Shown: positions 51,061-62,870 of the stretch, piece by piece
Numbering within the stretch: position 1 is the first letter of the stretch
How the letters are laid out: the number at the start of each line of letters is the position of its first letter
The notes under the pieces: model-generated
What the model was told of the DNA's origin: nothing
What the model saw: only the letters and a program-made list of their open reading frames with translations
Databases searched by the model: none
NCBI GenBank assembly: GCA_050575255.1
Contig: JBNZDD010013732.1
Coordinates: forward strand, 8,338,990-8,402,989
Source of the DNA: Harriotta raleighana
Taxonomy: Eukaryota
Length of the DNA: 64,000 nt
Reading direction: 5' to 3'
Program-made: the position numbers and the translations under genes

Positions 51061-52139
51061 TTTGTGTTAACAATGCAAATAAATATTTTCTGGTTCATCT
51101 GGTTAAGTGCACCAGAACCTCAATGTACAAAACATGATGAAATCAGTTAGGAGCTCCAGAGCATTTATTTTACATACATTTTATAAAGCCTCTTGATTAC
51201 TGAAAGAGCCATATTAAATATCTATTGATCAGGGAATGTTTTGGTTTTATTAATTATTGTTTATTAGTGTTGCTGTTTTTCTCTGATGTTTGGTCCTTTA
51301 GAGATCTATTTTTTCTCTTCTGTTATGATCTATTGAAGTTTTCAAAGCTGTTTCTGAGAGGAAGGGGGTGTTAATGAAATTGATATAATCATTGTGTGCG
51401 ATAGGTGCAGGAAAAGGAAGGATATATTGTTTTAGACTCTGTTACTGATTGAGAGAGTCAAGTGTTAACTGGAGGCAAACAGTATTTTGTACTTTTGTAT
51501 TGCTGAGGCAGATGTATCCGATGGGTAATATTATAGGAGTGAACAGAAGGTGCTTTGTTCAGGTTATGTTACTGAGATAGCAAGGTACTCTGTGGCTTTT
51601 GATTAATCGATTGAGCAAATAAGAGCATTGACGGCTAATTCATTATTTATTTAACAGAGTAAAGGTGGTTGAATACTAGCTAATTAGTACACTTTGGATC
51701 AGAAATCATGAAAGACTGTTCACATAATGATTGAATTGTTATTACTTATGCAAACAAGAGAATTTGACTTCTACAAAGCCTACAATTGTAATACGAGAAA
51801 AAGAATCTAAAGTGAGCTTGATAAATAAGCCCTGTAATTGTAAAGCACTTCCTAAAATACTCCTAACCAAAAACAAAGTCCATGGTCAGTCTGTTTAAAT
51901 ACTGAGCAACAGTGATTCAGAGTTTGTCCTGTTGTATTTTAGGATTGTCGATCAATCACAAGGGCGTTTCTGGGATAAACACCCCCAGTCTGACAGCAGC
52001 CTTGCCACACCCACACAACTCATGGCCCTAAAGGTAAATAAAGCAGGCAACTTCACCTGACCAGCTATTTCCTAAGAAATGTGTTCCAAACAAAACCAGC
52101 CTGTAACCGATTCACTACTTTAAAGTAGCATTTCACTTT

Positions 52140-52285
52140 ATTAGTGCTGTGCGCAATTAGCAGCTACATTTCGCCAACAAAAATATAGTGAATTCACTTT
52201 ATACTGTAGTACATTCAGTGAAGCACTTTGAAATGTGTCAACGATATGATAAATGTGCTATATCAAATGCAAGGATTATCATTAT
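52140..52285 (+). mobile_element. SINE 3' fragment
   Basis: gtgctgtgcgcaattagcagc...gaagcactttgaaatg...gctatatcaaatgcaaggattatc. Confidence 0.8.
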
Positions 52286-52656
52286 TGAATTTCAATAATT
52301 AAAGGATGATTGTTATTGTCAAATTTGCACAGTTCAGAAACGTATTGAGAATTTTTCGGGCCTTGGGTACCAAGAAACATTCCAGGTCCCTCCGTATAGC
52401 ACAGATGGCCAAGCCAGGGTGGGTGGTTTGTCCGTGCCTCACTTCTCATGCTTGCAGTCGGTTCCTGGAGAAACGGCACCTGCTCCCTTTCACCATGCAC
52501 TGGGGAAGCCCAGCCTGCACTGAGCACCATCTGACCATGTATTAATCTGCCTCGGGGCAGTTGTTTAAACCTGGCTAAGGTGGTAGTAACTGGGGCCAAA
52601 ATGTTGTGATTAAATGCCCCAAGTTGGGTCGCTGAGCTCAACGTCTAGGCTGACTC

Positions 52657-52965
52657 TCCTTGCATTTGATATAGCGCTTTTCACATATTATCAATGTCTC
52701 AAAGTGCTTTACAGAATATACTGTAAAGTGAATTGACTATATATTTGTGGGCGAAATGTGGCAGCCAATTATGCACGGCAGTGTCCCATAAACAGTCGTG
52801 GATTGAAAATGACCAATTTTTATTATTGTGTTTTTTTGGAGGTATTATTATTAGGCATATGGAGTAAGAAAACTTGCCCAAGGTTTCACCCTGATCTGCC
52901 TGGATTCGAACACTGGTCTCACGCTTGTAAGGAGAGTGCTTCAACCACTGAGCTACAGGAGCTCC
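52657..52965 (-). mobile_element. tRNA-headed SINE, near full length (short-body subfamily)
   Basis: Minus-strand head with A box TAGCTCAGTGG and B box GTTCGAATC; body ccttgggcaagttttcttactcca; shared tail. Homologous to 11865-12270. Confidence 0.9.
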
Positions 52966-54344
52966 ACTCCTCTTAAGCCAAGGTCTTGTCTACTTGTTCA
53001 GGTGGATGTTATTTGACGTTATGACATTATTTGAAAATAAGATTGTTCTCGGTCCCATGGGCCACAGATAGACTAGCATTATTATTTTTAAGAGCGCCAT
53101 TGAAATAGTAATAATCTATTTGTGAGGAGATGGGGGGGTGCAGGCATATAAAGTTCCAAGGTGCTCAGTTGCATGGTGAATATCCTGTCCTGATGTGTCG
53201 GTGAGAAGCAAAGTTCAGCTTGGACTGTTGTGAAGGAAATCTCTCTTTACAGTAGCTGTTAAGACTCTGGGAAGACTCAATCCAATTATTCCTAGGCACG
53301 AAGACCACAGCAGAAAATTGCCCTTAATTTGGCAGTAAATTTGCAGTCACTCTGACAGAGATGGCTGCTGCAGAAAACAGACAATGGAACGGAGTGTCGG
53401 AAAAAGTGGAATGAATTATATATCTATATACAGTATAACATTATATCTGAACAAGGAATAATTAATAGTGAAACCGTAGACAAAAACATACATCACTAAT
53501 AGCAGAAAAGATGACTGGAATGCAGAGCGTGGGACAAATGCTTTCATCTTTCACCTTTCACTTCTAACTGTTTCAATTACAGGGAAGAAATTAAGGTTTA
53601 CAATTTCTCTCTTCCCTTTGTTTCCCTCAAACACATGGAGCTATTGAGTGAAGATTTCCTTCAGCAGTCTATAACCTCTAATGGTAAAAGTATTCCCTAG
53701 TGCTGCACTAGGCCACACAGCTGATCTGGGCCAGTTCATACATATCTCGCTCTCACTTATGTCCAGTTATGTATATATGATCTTTTTAAAAATAATCTTA
53801 CAAACACAACATATTGGGAATTGTAGTGTTCGTACCAGTGCATCCAGTGTTGGAAATTGTCAGAAGGAATTTTTGCTGGAGGTGGGGAAAGAAAGAGAAA
53901 ACATACCTAAAGTCAAACCAGCCCAATCTCCGCTCCCCCTCACATATCTCTACGTGAGTCACTCAGCTGTGTGAAGGAAAGTCATGATCACTCTGAATTG
54001 TTCTGCACTTTCACTTTGTCTAAAAACAGTGTGTTCAGTCTGCTACAGTGCCACTCACGCCTCCAGTATAAATAGTTTGATGCCGTCACACAGGCATGTT
54101 GCTCAAACATAAACACCAGTTTGAGCTCGTGAGGAGCTGAAACCTACAATTACATTTTTTCATGCATTAACGATGCAGCTACTGAACTGAATGGAGCTGT
54201 CTTCAAGCGCAGTGCAAGTACCTCCATGTCCTCATACAGACAGCAAGTATCGGACCAGAGGCCCCAGGGTTCAAATCTCAGTCTAGTGCTGGAGAAGGTC
54301 TGCCTAGACCTCTTGGTGTTAGATGTGTTATCGCATCTACCCAA

Positions 54345-54475
54345 ATGTATATTTTGAACACAAATATACAGTCAATTCACTTTACAGTATGTTCTGTGAA
54401 GTGCTTTGAGACATCTAGAAGATGTGAAAAGTGTTGTATCATATGCAAGGTTTATTATTATTATTATTATTATTA
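54345..54475 (+). mobile_element. SINE 3' fragment with (TTA)n tail
   Basis: cagtcaattcactttacagtatgttctgtgaagtgctttgagacatctagaag...atgcaagg(tta)n. Confidence 0.85.
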
Positions 54476-55009
54476 CCTCCACATTCAAAATCCCTGCAAT
54501 CAGATCAAAGCTATGTACGCACTGGTGAATTGCCAAAATGGTTTGAAAACGACTATTTGAACCTGCACGTTCCACTGATTGTGCAAAACCTACTCTATCA
54601 TGGACTAAACCCCACCCTCTACAGGGGAATGTTCTGCTTCAAACTGCTGTATCCCCAAAGAAAATGTGATATCAAAAGAATCTCAAACTAGTCAGGTGAT
54701 CATGTTTTAAGAAATTGCTAAATCCTGTGTTCATTCTGTATTACTCACATCGTCCTTTTTGTATCTCGAACCCAGCTTTTTATCCATTCTCATTATCCAT
54801 CCAATTGGCAGCCCAAGTACTCCCCAGGTGCTAGTTTGTAACTTTATTGAAGTGTACATGCAAAATTAAAATTGGGTGTAAATTTGTAAATGTCCTCATA
54901 TGATGTGGAGTTGGAATTATGCATCAGGAATCATACTCCACATCAGTTTAGTCACTAGAAATAGAAATGCAACTTAAACACTATCAAAGTGCTATCTGAT
55001 ATAATATAA

Positions 55010-55125
55010 TAATATTAATAATAATCCTTGCATTTGATATAGCGCTTTTCACATCTTATCGATGTCTCAAAGTGCTTCACAGAATATATATTGTAAAGTG
55101 AATTGACTATATTTTTGGGTGAAAT
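55010..55125 (-). mobile_element. SINE 3' fragment
   Basis: ataatccttgcatttgatatagcgcttttcacatc...tctcaaagtgcttcacagaatatatattgtaaagtgaattgact. Confidence 0.85.
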
Positions 55126-56669
55126 GGAATGTGATCTGGTCAAAGTGCTTAGAGTTAGATGCAGAAATAATGGACATCTTGGGGTGAATTACAGGCTGGC
55201 ATCTAATTGAGGGGTTCTGTTGATTTAAACATAAAATGCTGCAGACTGTACTTGGAAATGAGTTGCACCTGATTGAAATGATCAGATGACAAACAAATGT
55301 TATTAAAGTCACTAAGTCACTTCCCTTTGCTGTTGTGGTATATCATCCCCCTCCATTCCCCTACCAATAAGCTCTGAGGCAATTATAGCGCCGCTACCAC
55401 TGCCACAATTAAAATCATCTCACTCAGCAAACACCGGGATCAAATCCGTGAATTCTTTATCTTATCATGAGTTCTGTTTCATTCTCAGTGGTCAGTGCGT
55501 TTGGCTTACTCCAGAGCTCCATTTTGTAGTACATCTTGTACCATGCCTGAAGGATGCAGATCGCCTGCATCTGCAAGGTAAGTTGCTCAAAGATGGATCC
55601 ATTAAATATGTTATCAATATGGGCATTTTCTAGCTGTGAGATCCCAGAAATTCATGCCAGATGATTTCTGATGGCATCAAATAGAAATATACCGTCATGA
55701 CACATTTAAAACAGTTTTTTAATTTCAAATTTTTGATGGTTGTACTTTTAGACTACCCTACACTTTGAAGGATATTTGATACTCCTCCATCATCTATACT
55801 CTTTCATACATCTGCAGTGTCAACGCACTAAGTCCTCGCGGTTCCATTCCAGTGTTTCATTTTTCAAGTACAACCAGCAGGTTGCTGTGCTATATACAAT
55901 CGTGTGTACTATCTCAAGAGGATTTTGGGCAACTGCAATCTGAAATGTGGAACCTAGTTGTCAGAACAGTGGAACAGAATACAGATTAGCTGTACCTGGC
56001 CAGCCAATTGCACTGTTGTCATGAAAAGTCTACAAGCGTGGGAAAATGCCATCACTGTGTTGAACAAGCCAATTGATGGGTGTAAAAGATCTGAAGTGCT
56101 TAAAACTGGTTTTGCCACATTTATCTGAAGTAGAGTTTACCTTAATTCACTTTAAATCAAACTAGGAACTTGAGGTCTGAAACAATGCCCCACAAGCTGC
56201 ACGCTGGTTGACTGAACTCTTTGGGGCCCTTTGATCCTCTTAAGGCTTCACTGCACACAGACCCACGGGGACCAAAGAGTGCAGTCGTGTGGCACTCCAC
56301 AATTGCACTACTAACTTCTCTTCTTCCCCTACTCTTTTCTGTGGCTTTTCCGCACTAACCTCAGTATAGACATCGTCCCGACATGAAAGGCGCTTTATAA
56401 ATGTAATTTTGTTGTCGTTGTTAGATGGATGACCCTTGTCTGTAGTCCCTACAAATGGCAACTGGCCACCGGACAACCAAGTTGTGCAAGGTGTGATACA
56501 CTGGAACTCTGAGCTCTAGGAGTTGAGGGCAGGAGCCAACCTCCCACACTCACCATTCAATATTATTCTTTCTTCTTCACACAGAGCAGTAGTTCCTTGT
56601 TTAAAGCTTGAGGCTTAGGATGGGATGTGGCACAGAGCAGATGATGGAAAAGAAGGACACATCTGAAAA

Positions 56670-57031
56670 GGAGTCATGTAGCTTAGTGGTGAGAGCATTT
56701 GCCTCACAAACAAAAGGACTCATGTTCGATTCCGAATGGGACGAAGCCTTGGACAAATCTCCTTACTCCCACACCTTGGTTTACCTAGCAGTAAATAGGA
56801 ATCTGGTTGTTTTTCGACTGGCGGATTGGGGGTAATAAATCCTTCCAAAAAAAAAACGAATAATAATTTAGTCACTCAATCTATGACTGTTGGATAAAAC
56901 TGCTGTGAGCAATTGGCTGCTGTGATTCATCCACAAAATATATGTCAATATAGTATATTTGTCGAAGTGCTTTTATACTTGTCAATGATGTGATAATATG
57001 CTGCATCACTTGTAAGGATTATTATATTATT
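56670..57031 (+). mobile_element. tRNA-headed SINE, full length (long-body subfamily)
   Basis: GGAGTCATGTAGCTTAGTGG...GCCTCACA...GTTCGATTCC head; body ccttggacaaatctccttactc...gtttacctagcagtaaatagg; tail gtaaggattatt. Confidence 0.88.
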
Positions 57032-57207
57032 AAAAGAGGCAGCCTGATCTGAAAATTATCTTAAAAGCAATACCGTTGAAATTTAACAGATTACATCAAT
57101 TTAGGGATCTGCCTCAGATCCCAGTTCAAAGGGATCATCTTGAGAGTTTGATTGGATGTTTTCCTCAGTCAGCCTGGTAGTTTTGTCCACATTACTGTGA
57201 TTATTTG

Positions 57208-57547
57208 AATAATAATAATAATAATCCTTGCATTTGATATTGTGCTTTTCACGTCTTCTAGACCTCTCAAAAAGCTTCACAGAATTGACTGTATATTTGT
57301 GGGTGAAACGTGGCAGCCAATTGTGCATAGCAGTATCCCACAAATAGTCATTGACTGAAATGACCATTTAATTATTGTAGATTTTTTTGGAGGGATTATT
57401 GGTGAACCAGGTTCCTACTTACTGTTGGGTAAACAGTGGTGTGTGTGGAGTAAGGAAACTTGCCTAACATTTCACCCTGCCCGGGAATCGAAGCCTGGCC
57501 TTCTTGGTTGTGAGACGAGTGCACTAATCACAGAGTTACAGGACTCC
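57208..57547 (-). mobile_element. tRNA-headed SINE, full length (long-body subfamily)
   Basis: Minus-strand head GGAGTCCTGTAACTCTGTG...GTCTCACA...TTCGATTCCCGGGCAGGG; same body and (ATT)n tail as the 56670 copy. Confidence 0.9.
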
Positions 57548-57789
57548 ACAAAAGAGAAAGTCAGAAAGAAAGAAAGAAAGAAATAAAGTAAGTGGTAGAG
57601 AGACAGAAAGGGAACAAAGGGAAGTTAGTTCAAGGAGGTCAGTGCTTGGGAGGGAATATGTTTTTAATCCAGAAACTCTGTGGCACGAGCAGGAACTTGC
57701 CAAGGTAAAGCCTGGCAAAGTAAAGTTTCCTCTGCTGTACCCAACAATATATCTTGATGGCAATGTCAGAAGACCACCCTCTATTTCAC

Positions 57790-57925
57790 CAATCATTGAA
57801 TTTTTCAGCACAAAAGGAGGCCATTCGCCCCATCAAGTCTGAGCCGGCTCTTTGAAAAGAATTATTTAGTCAATCCCACTCCCCGGCTCTCTCCCCATAA
57901 CCTCGCAAACCTGTCCTCCCCAGTG
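57790..57925 (-). mobile_element. CR1 LINE 3' end
   Basis: cagcacaaaaggaggccattcgccccatc...gctctttgaaaga is homologous to the ends at 18020 and 29905. Confidence 0.8.
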
Positions 57926-58859
57926 TGAAATTTTCCATATGTACTCACTTTGTGTCTGCTATCTCTGAGTGATGCTGACATAAGAAAGCTAGAGTGAAAA
58001 GAGGTCATTTAGTCCATCAGGCAGCTGTTTATTAAGTTCCTTGTTGAAAGCATTAACATAGCACGAGTTGCTATTGTTGAGTGCCTACAATTAATATCTA
58101 CTATCCTTTAAGGGGGGGTGATTGTTTTCATCTCTTTTGAGGTATGTTTATTTGAAATATAAACCCTCAAGTTTTATGATTACTATCTTAAGTCAAAAGG
58201 TTTAGCTCTACATTATCCACTCAGCATTTTGAAGATCTGGATAATGTCCCTCCCCCAAACTATTCTCCAATGAAAACAAGTGAGGAATCTATCATAACTT
58301 TAAACTCCATCTGCCATAATAATCCTTCTTAAATCTTCTCCAATATCCCTTTGAAGGTAGAGTGCTCAAAACTGTCCACAACATTCCAAATGTCATTTCA
58401 CTTGTTGTCATGACAGAATACCTCTTCTTAAACGACAAGACGATGAAATCAAGAAACAACTTAGCGTTTAATTAGCTTTGGTGGAAAAGCTTCATATTCA
58501 GTAGAACTTACAGCAAATGATCAATGATCGCTCACAAATCCTTATTGGTCAGCCACACATGCAAAAACCCATCAAAACAACAACCAATTGATATAGCACC
58601 CTTCATGCTGGGTAGCGTGTCGAGTGTTCACCATGTTTCATAATATCCAAACTAGACTAAGAATTCCATATACATATGCACATACCACATGGAAATGTCC
58701 TTGTGCCTGGAATGGGATGTATACTCTCACCATGGAGGATCTACCCCACTTCCCTGAATCTCGAGTGTATAGGTGAGAGTCAACGCTTGGGGACCCATAG
58801 TGTGCATTGCAGTACCGCTGGTGTTTAATCTGCTATGATCACATTATCATTCTTTCTCA

Positions 58860-59160
58860 CTGTCTGACAAACTTCCTACCTTGGATCACCCAATCTATTA
58901 GGGCTTTGGCCTGCAAAGAGCTGAGAGGGAACAAGCTCTGCTTCCATTCCCCATTCTGCCTCTGCTAATGAACAGATCCCACATTTTGTACATACACACT
59001 GCTTCTTTTTCCAGTTTGCAATTATCAGCATTAATATCTACCTGTAGATCCTTGGCCCATCTGGTTAGATGGATCAGATAATGTTGAATACTGTTCTTTT
59101 TTATATTAGTTTTGTGCCTGCATTGCTTACTCGGCCAATTACTTGGCCAGTACATTTTAC
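58860..59160 (-). mobile_element. Old CR1 LINE ORF2 fragment
   Basis: IQHYLIHLTRWAKDLQVDINADNCKL resembles the CR1 LQxDLDxLxxWAxxWQMxFNxxKCKV motif. Confidence 0.55.
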
Positions 59161-62079
59161 ATTATTAAAAATTCTCTCCTCCAAATCTCTTTGCTCCTAG
59201 CCCTCGTTCAGTACTGAATATTATGGGACTCTACTCCACGTGAAGGGCGCTATATAAATGCAAGTTGATGTTGTTGAGTGAAAACAGTGGGGATTAAAAC
59301 AAAATTAAATTATACTATGGTCAAATATAATACAGTATGATCCCATTTAGAAACTGCCGGTTGTAATCCAGGAGTAATGGGATAATACAGGGATAATAAG
59401 GTAACGCATGGATAACAGGATAACGAGGGATAACAGAATAAATTGGGGCAACAAAGAATATGATGAAGGATTATCTTAAAACTTCTCTGCCTTCTACAGA
59501 AGCAAAGAGTATGAACACTGTGGGATGATGTTCCAGTTACCATTTGATTGAGTGCACTTTGTCAATTTATGCTTATTTTAGATTTTCTCATGTAAGCGCG
59601 CATTACTGAAATGTGCTAAATTTTTGACACATGGAACCCCCTACATCTAATTTAACAATCCTACTTTTTTTTTGGACAGTCTGGGCTTTCGCTATCTTCT
59701 CTTATCTTGAAATGAATTTGCATATCTCCATTGCTAAAGTAGCATCCATGAGGCTCACTTGTCCCAAATATTGCTTTCCCTCTAAGAACTATCAACTCTT
59801 TATAAAACCAAACTTTACCAAAAATGTGCATGCTCCCACTCCTTGGGTAGAATACAAGAAAAACATGCTGTGAACTAGGCAATCCTAGGTGAAATGCTCC
59901 AACACAGCATTTCCTGTATTTCTGTTGTTTATCAATACTACTGAGGTCGTTGCTTCTCCAAAATATCTATTTTTTTCTTCTTCTCCTCAAACTTCATATA
60001 TGCCATCTCACTGTTGATTTATTGCATTGAATCACAAACTCAGTATGGAATCCTCTGCTCCAAGTTTCCCAGTCTGGTGCCTTCCTCTGAACCACTTGCA
60101 CACTCGGGGAAAAGGCTTTAATGGAATGATAAGCTCTTTAATAGAATTATAAGCTCTCTGTCACTGTAATTTTTTTTACAAATTTCAGCCTGCCAAATGA
60201 GGGTCTTTAATGGTACCAATTGCAAAATAAACTCTGATTTCTAATTGCAAATGCACCAACTATGTGATGAATGGCATTTCTGCTAGGATGATCAGATGAA
60301 GCTGCATTTGATGCAGTTGTACATTGTAAACAAATTAATTTGCACAGCCTGTCAAAATTATCGACCAGGAGATGGAGATGTTTAAGAGAGCACTGCCTTC
60401 ATCAAGAAGTGTGCAGAAAATCGTTTCTTCAATGGGGTTATAGCAGTTTTATATTCATGGTAGGTTATAAGAATTACGCCACATCTTGTGTTTAAAACAA
60501 ATAATTATAAAAAATGAGTTAGCCCAACATCTTTTTAGAATTATGTGGAGAGATGGGGGCGTGGTCCCGTTAATACTTTATGCAAAAGTTAAACATGCCC
60601 TTCTTACCATTGCACTAAATCTGCAGAGAGGATTAACAATAGTCAGTATGTTACAGGACAACTCATGTGGAAAGCACTATTGAAAGGAGAACCGTGCCCT
60701 TCACTCTATACTCAGCACTGTTTGTTGAAATGAATGGGTCCCTCCCCCCATCCCTCACTGCACTTCATGTCACAACTTTGGCAAAGAAGCAAACACCTTC
60801 CAATTTAGAATCTATGTGCACAAGTGGGGAGAATTTCCACCTGGGTCTAGACTTTATCAATTTATTTACCATTTTAGTGCATCCAGAATTTGACAAATTC
60901 TTAAACCCGGCGTTAATTTTGAAGCTAATTTTCTATGTTTGGTTAAGACCTCCGGAAAACAATGATATATAGACCTAGTAAATTTAGACCCAGGTAGGAT
61001 CTCTCCCCATAAAGTGAGTTTAAGCTTGCTGCCCAAATTTTTTTTGTGTTACTTGGCTTTTTTTGAAAATGTTTCACCTGTTTGCCTGTGTCCCATTTTC
61101 ACTCTGCAGAAAGCACTGTTTGCCTACAGCTATAGAGTTTGAATAGTAATACAGCCCACATCTATGGCTTGCTGTGAAAATATCTTCATGTTCTAATCAA
61201 GAACCTACATAAAGTACACGTACAGGGTAATTTAGGTTGAATCAATATGGTTCTAAAATTGCAACTGGTCCTTTAAACATGCAGGTAAGAAACCAGGTTA
61301 GATTTGTTCTGACGTAGACACAAATTTCCAATTAAAACGCACCCACTGCATTTATCTTGCTGCCCAGCACAACTGCTGACAAACTGCCATTTATTTTCAA
61401 AGAAACTGTTGTCACATAAGTATGTTGGTCAACTCTCAGTTTATTTGCAGGACAAACACACAACATGATTCTGTAAAGTACTTCAATACATCACTGCACA
61501 TGATGCCATTATGGCAATAAGCCATTGGACTATTTCATCTCCCAAAAGAAAGGAAGGTTTGCCAAAAGTTTCTTTTTTTGATGATAAAAAAAATCTACAT
61601 TTAGGTGTACTGTAAACACTCACGATATTTTACAGTTCATTTAGAGTTGTGAAATATTTTATGGATGACATGATAATGCATTAAATCAAATGTAAAGAAT
61701 TATTATTAACTTGGTTTGATCTTATTGTGCAATGTATTTGAGTTTGTGTGTTGAGAAATGATACAGGTATAATATGTTTGTGTACTTTTTTTTTCTGGGT
61801 GATCTGCTTTGGGCTTCATTTGTTTCCCTTGGCCTTGGTCCCAATTCGCATCACCTGCATCATTACCAAGATCAAAAAGCTCCTTGCCTTCACCAGATCT
61901 ATTTTTGAGATCATCTGCTTTGCTTTCAAAATCCCTTCTGTATCTCTCTACACTATATCTGTGTAATCTGCACTTTGCAGCCCGCACCTTTTGATCATCC
62001 ATCTTTGGTTTACTGCTCATGATCAATTCTTTCATTCCACCATTCTAAGATGAGACTTCAGCTAATGTCTCCCTGGCAC

Positions 62080-62870
62080 TTCGAAATCATTTTGTGGCTG
62101 AAAGCGTGTCTGCCAATGGTAGAATGTGGAGCATGAGGGACAAGAAGAAGGCCTTAGCCAGTTGAATGGAGGAGTAATTCTGGATTGATGCAGAGGATTG
62201 GGGAGCAAGTAGGTTGGACAGGCAGGGAGATGCCAGGGCATGATGGGATTTGAAAACAAGTGTGAGTATCTTGAAATTAATCTGTTCAGCAAAACGGAGC
62301 CAGTGGACAAGTGTTTCAGCTGTATCTGGGGTAAGGTATGGTCAGAGGCAGGCGATGTGGTGGAATTGAAGGAGGAGTAGATTTGTTGTCATCCGCATAC
62401 AAGTGGAAGTTTATCCCATATCTGCAGATGATATCTCCATGAGAGAGTATATAGATGAGGAAGTGAGGGGGCCAAGGATTGAACCCTTGGGTACACCACA
62501 GGTGACCAGGTGGGAGCGAGAGGAGAAGCCATTTGAGGAGATAAAGTGTTTGTTGAGTAGGACTCGAAACAGACAAACCAGGTTCCACTGAGGTGGATAA
62601 GGGAGGAGAGATGGTGGATGAGGATAGGGTGATCGAGGAGGAGAGGTTCTAAAGGAAAAGGAGTTAGAAGGAGCCCTGGTCACAGATAGCAAGGATATCA
62701 TTTGTGACCTTGACAAACACTGTCTCTGTGCTATAGGCAAGATGGAAACCAAACTGGAGGGGCTTGAAGATGCTGTGGTGGGAGAGGTGAGAGCAAAGCT
62801 GATTAGTGACAACAAGATCTGGAGCTTTGGCAAGGAAGGGGAGGTTGGAAATTTGTACAGTTGGAGGGGT
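62080..62870 (-). mobile_element. L2 LINE reverse-transcriptase fragment, frameshifted
   Basis: ISNLPFLAK...LQFGFHLAYSTETVFVKVTNDIL, then CGVPKGSILGPL, then GDIICRYGINFHLYADD, spread over three frames. Confidence 0.92.

Noticed and set aside
52890-52965. SINE heads (also at about 12200, 44755, 56670 and 57480) as tRNA genes
   Set aside because: No intact acceptor stem or terminator, and each continues into a SINE body and tail.
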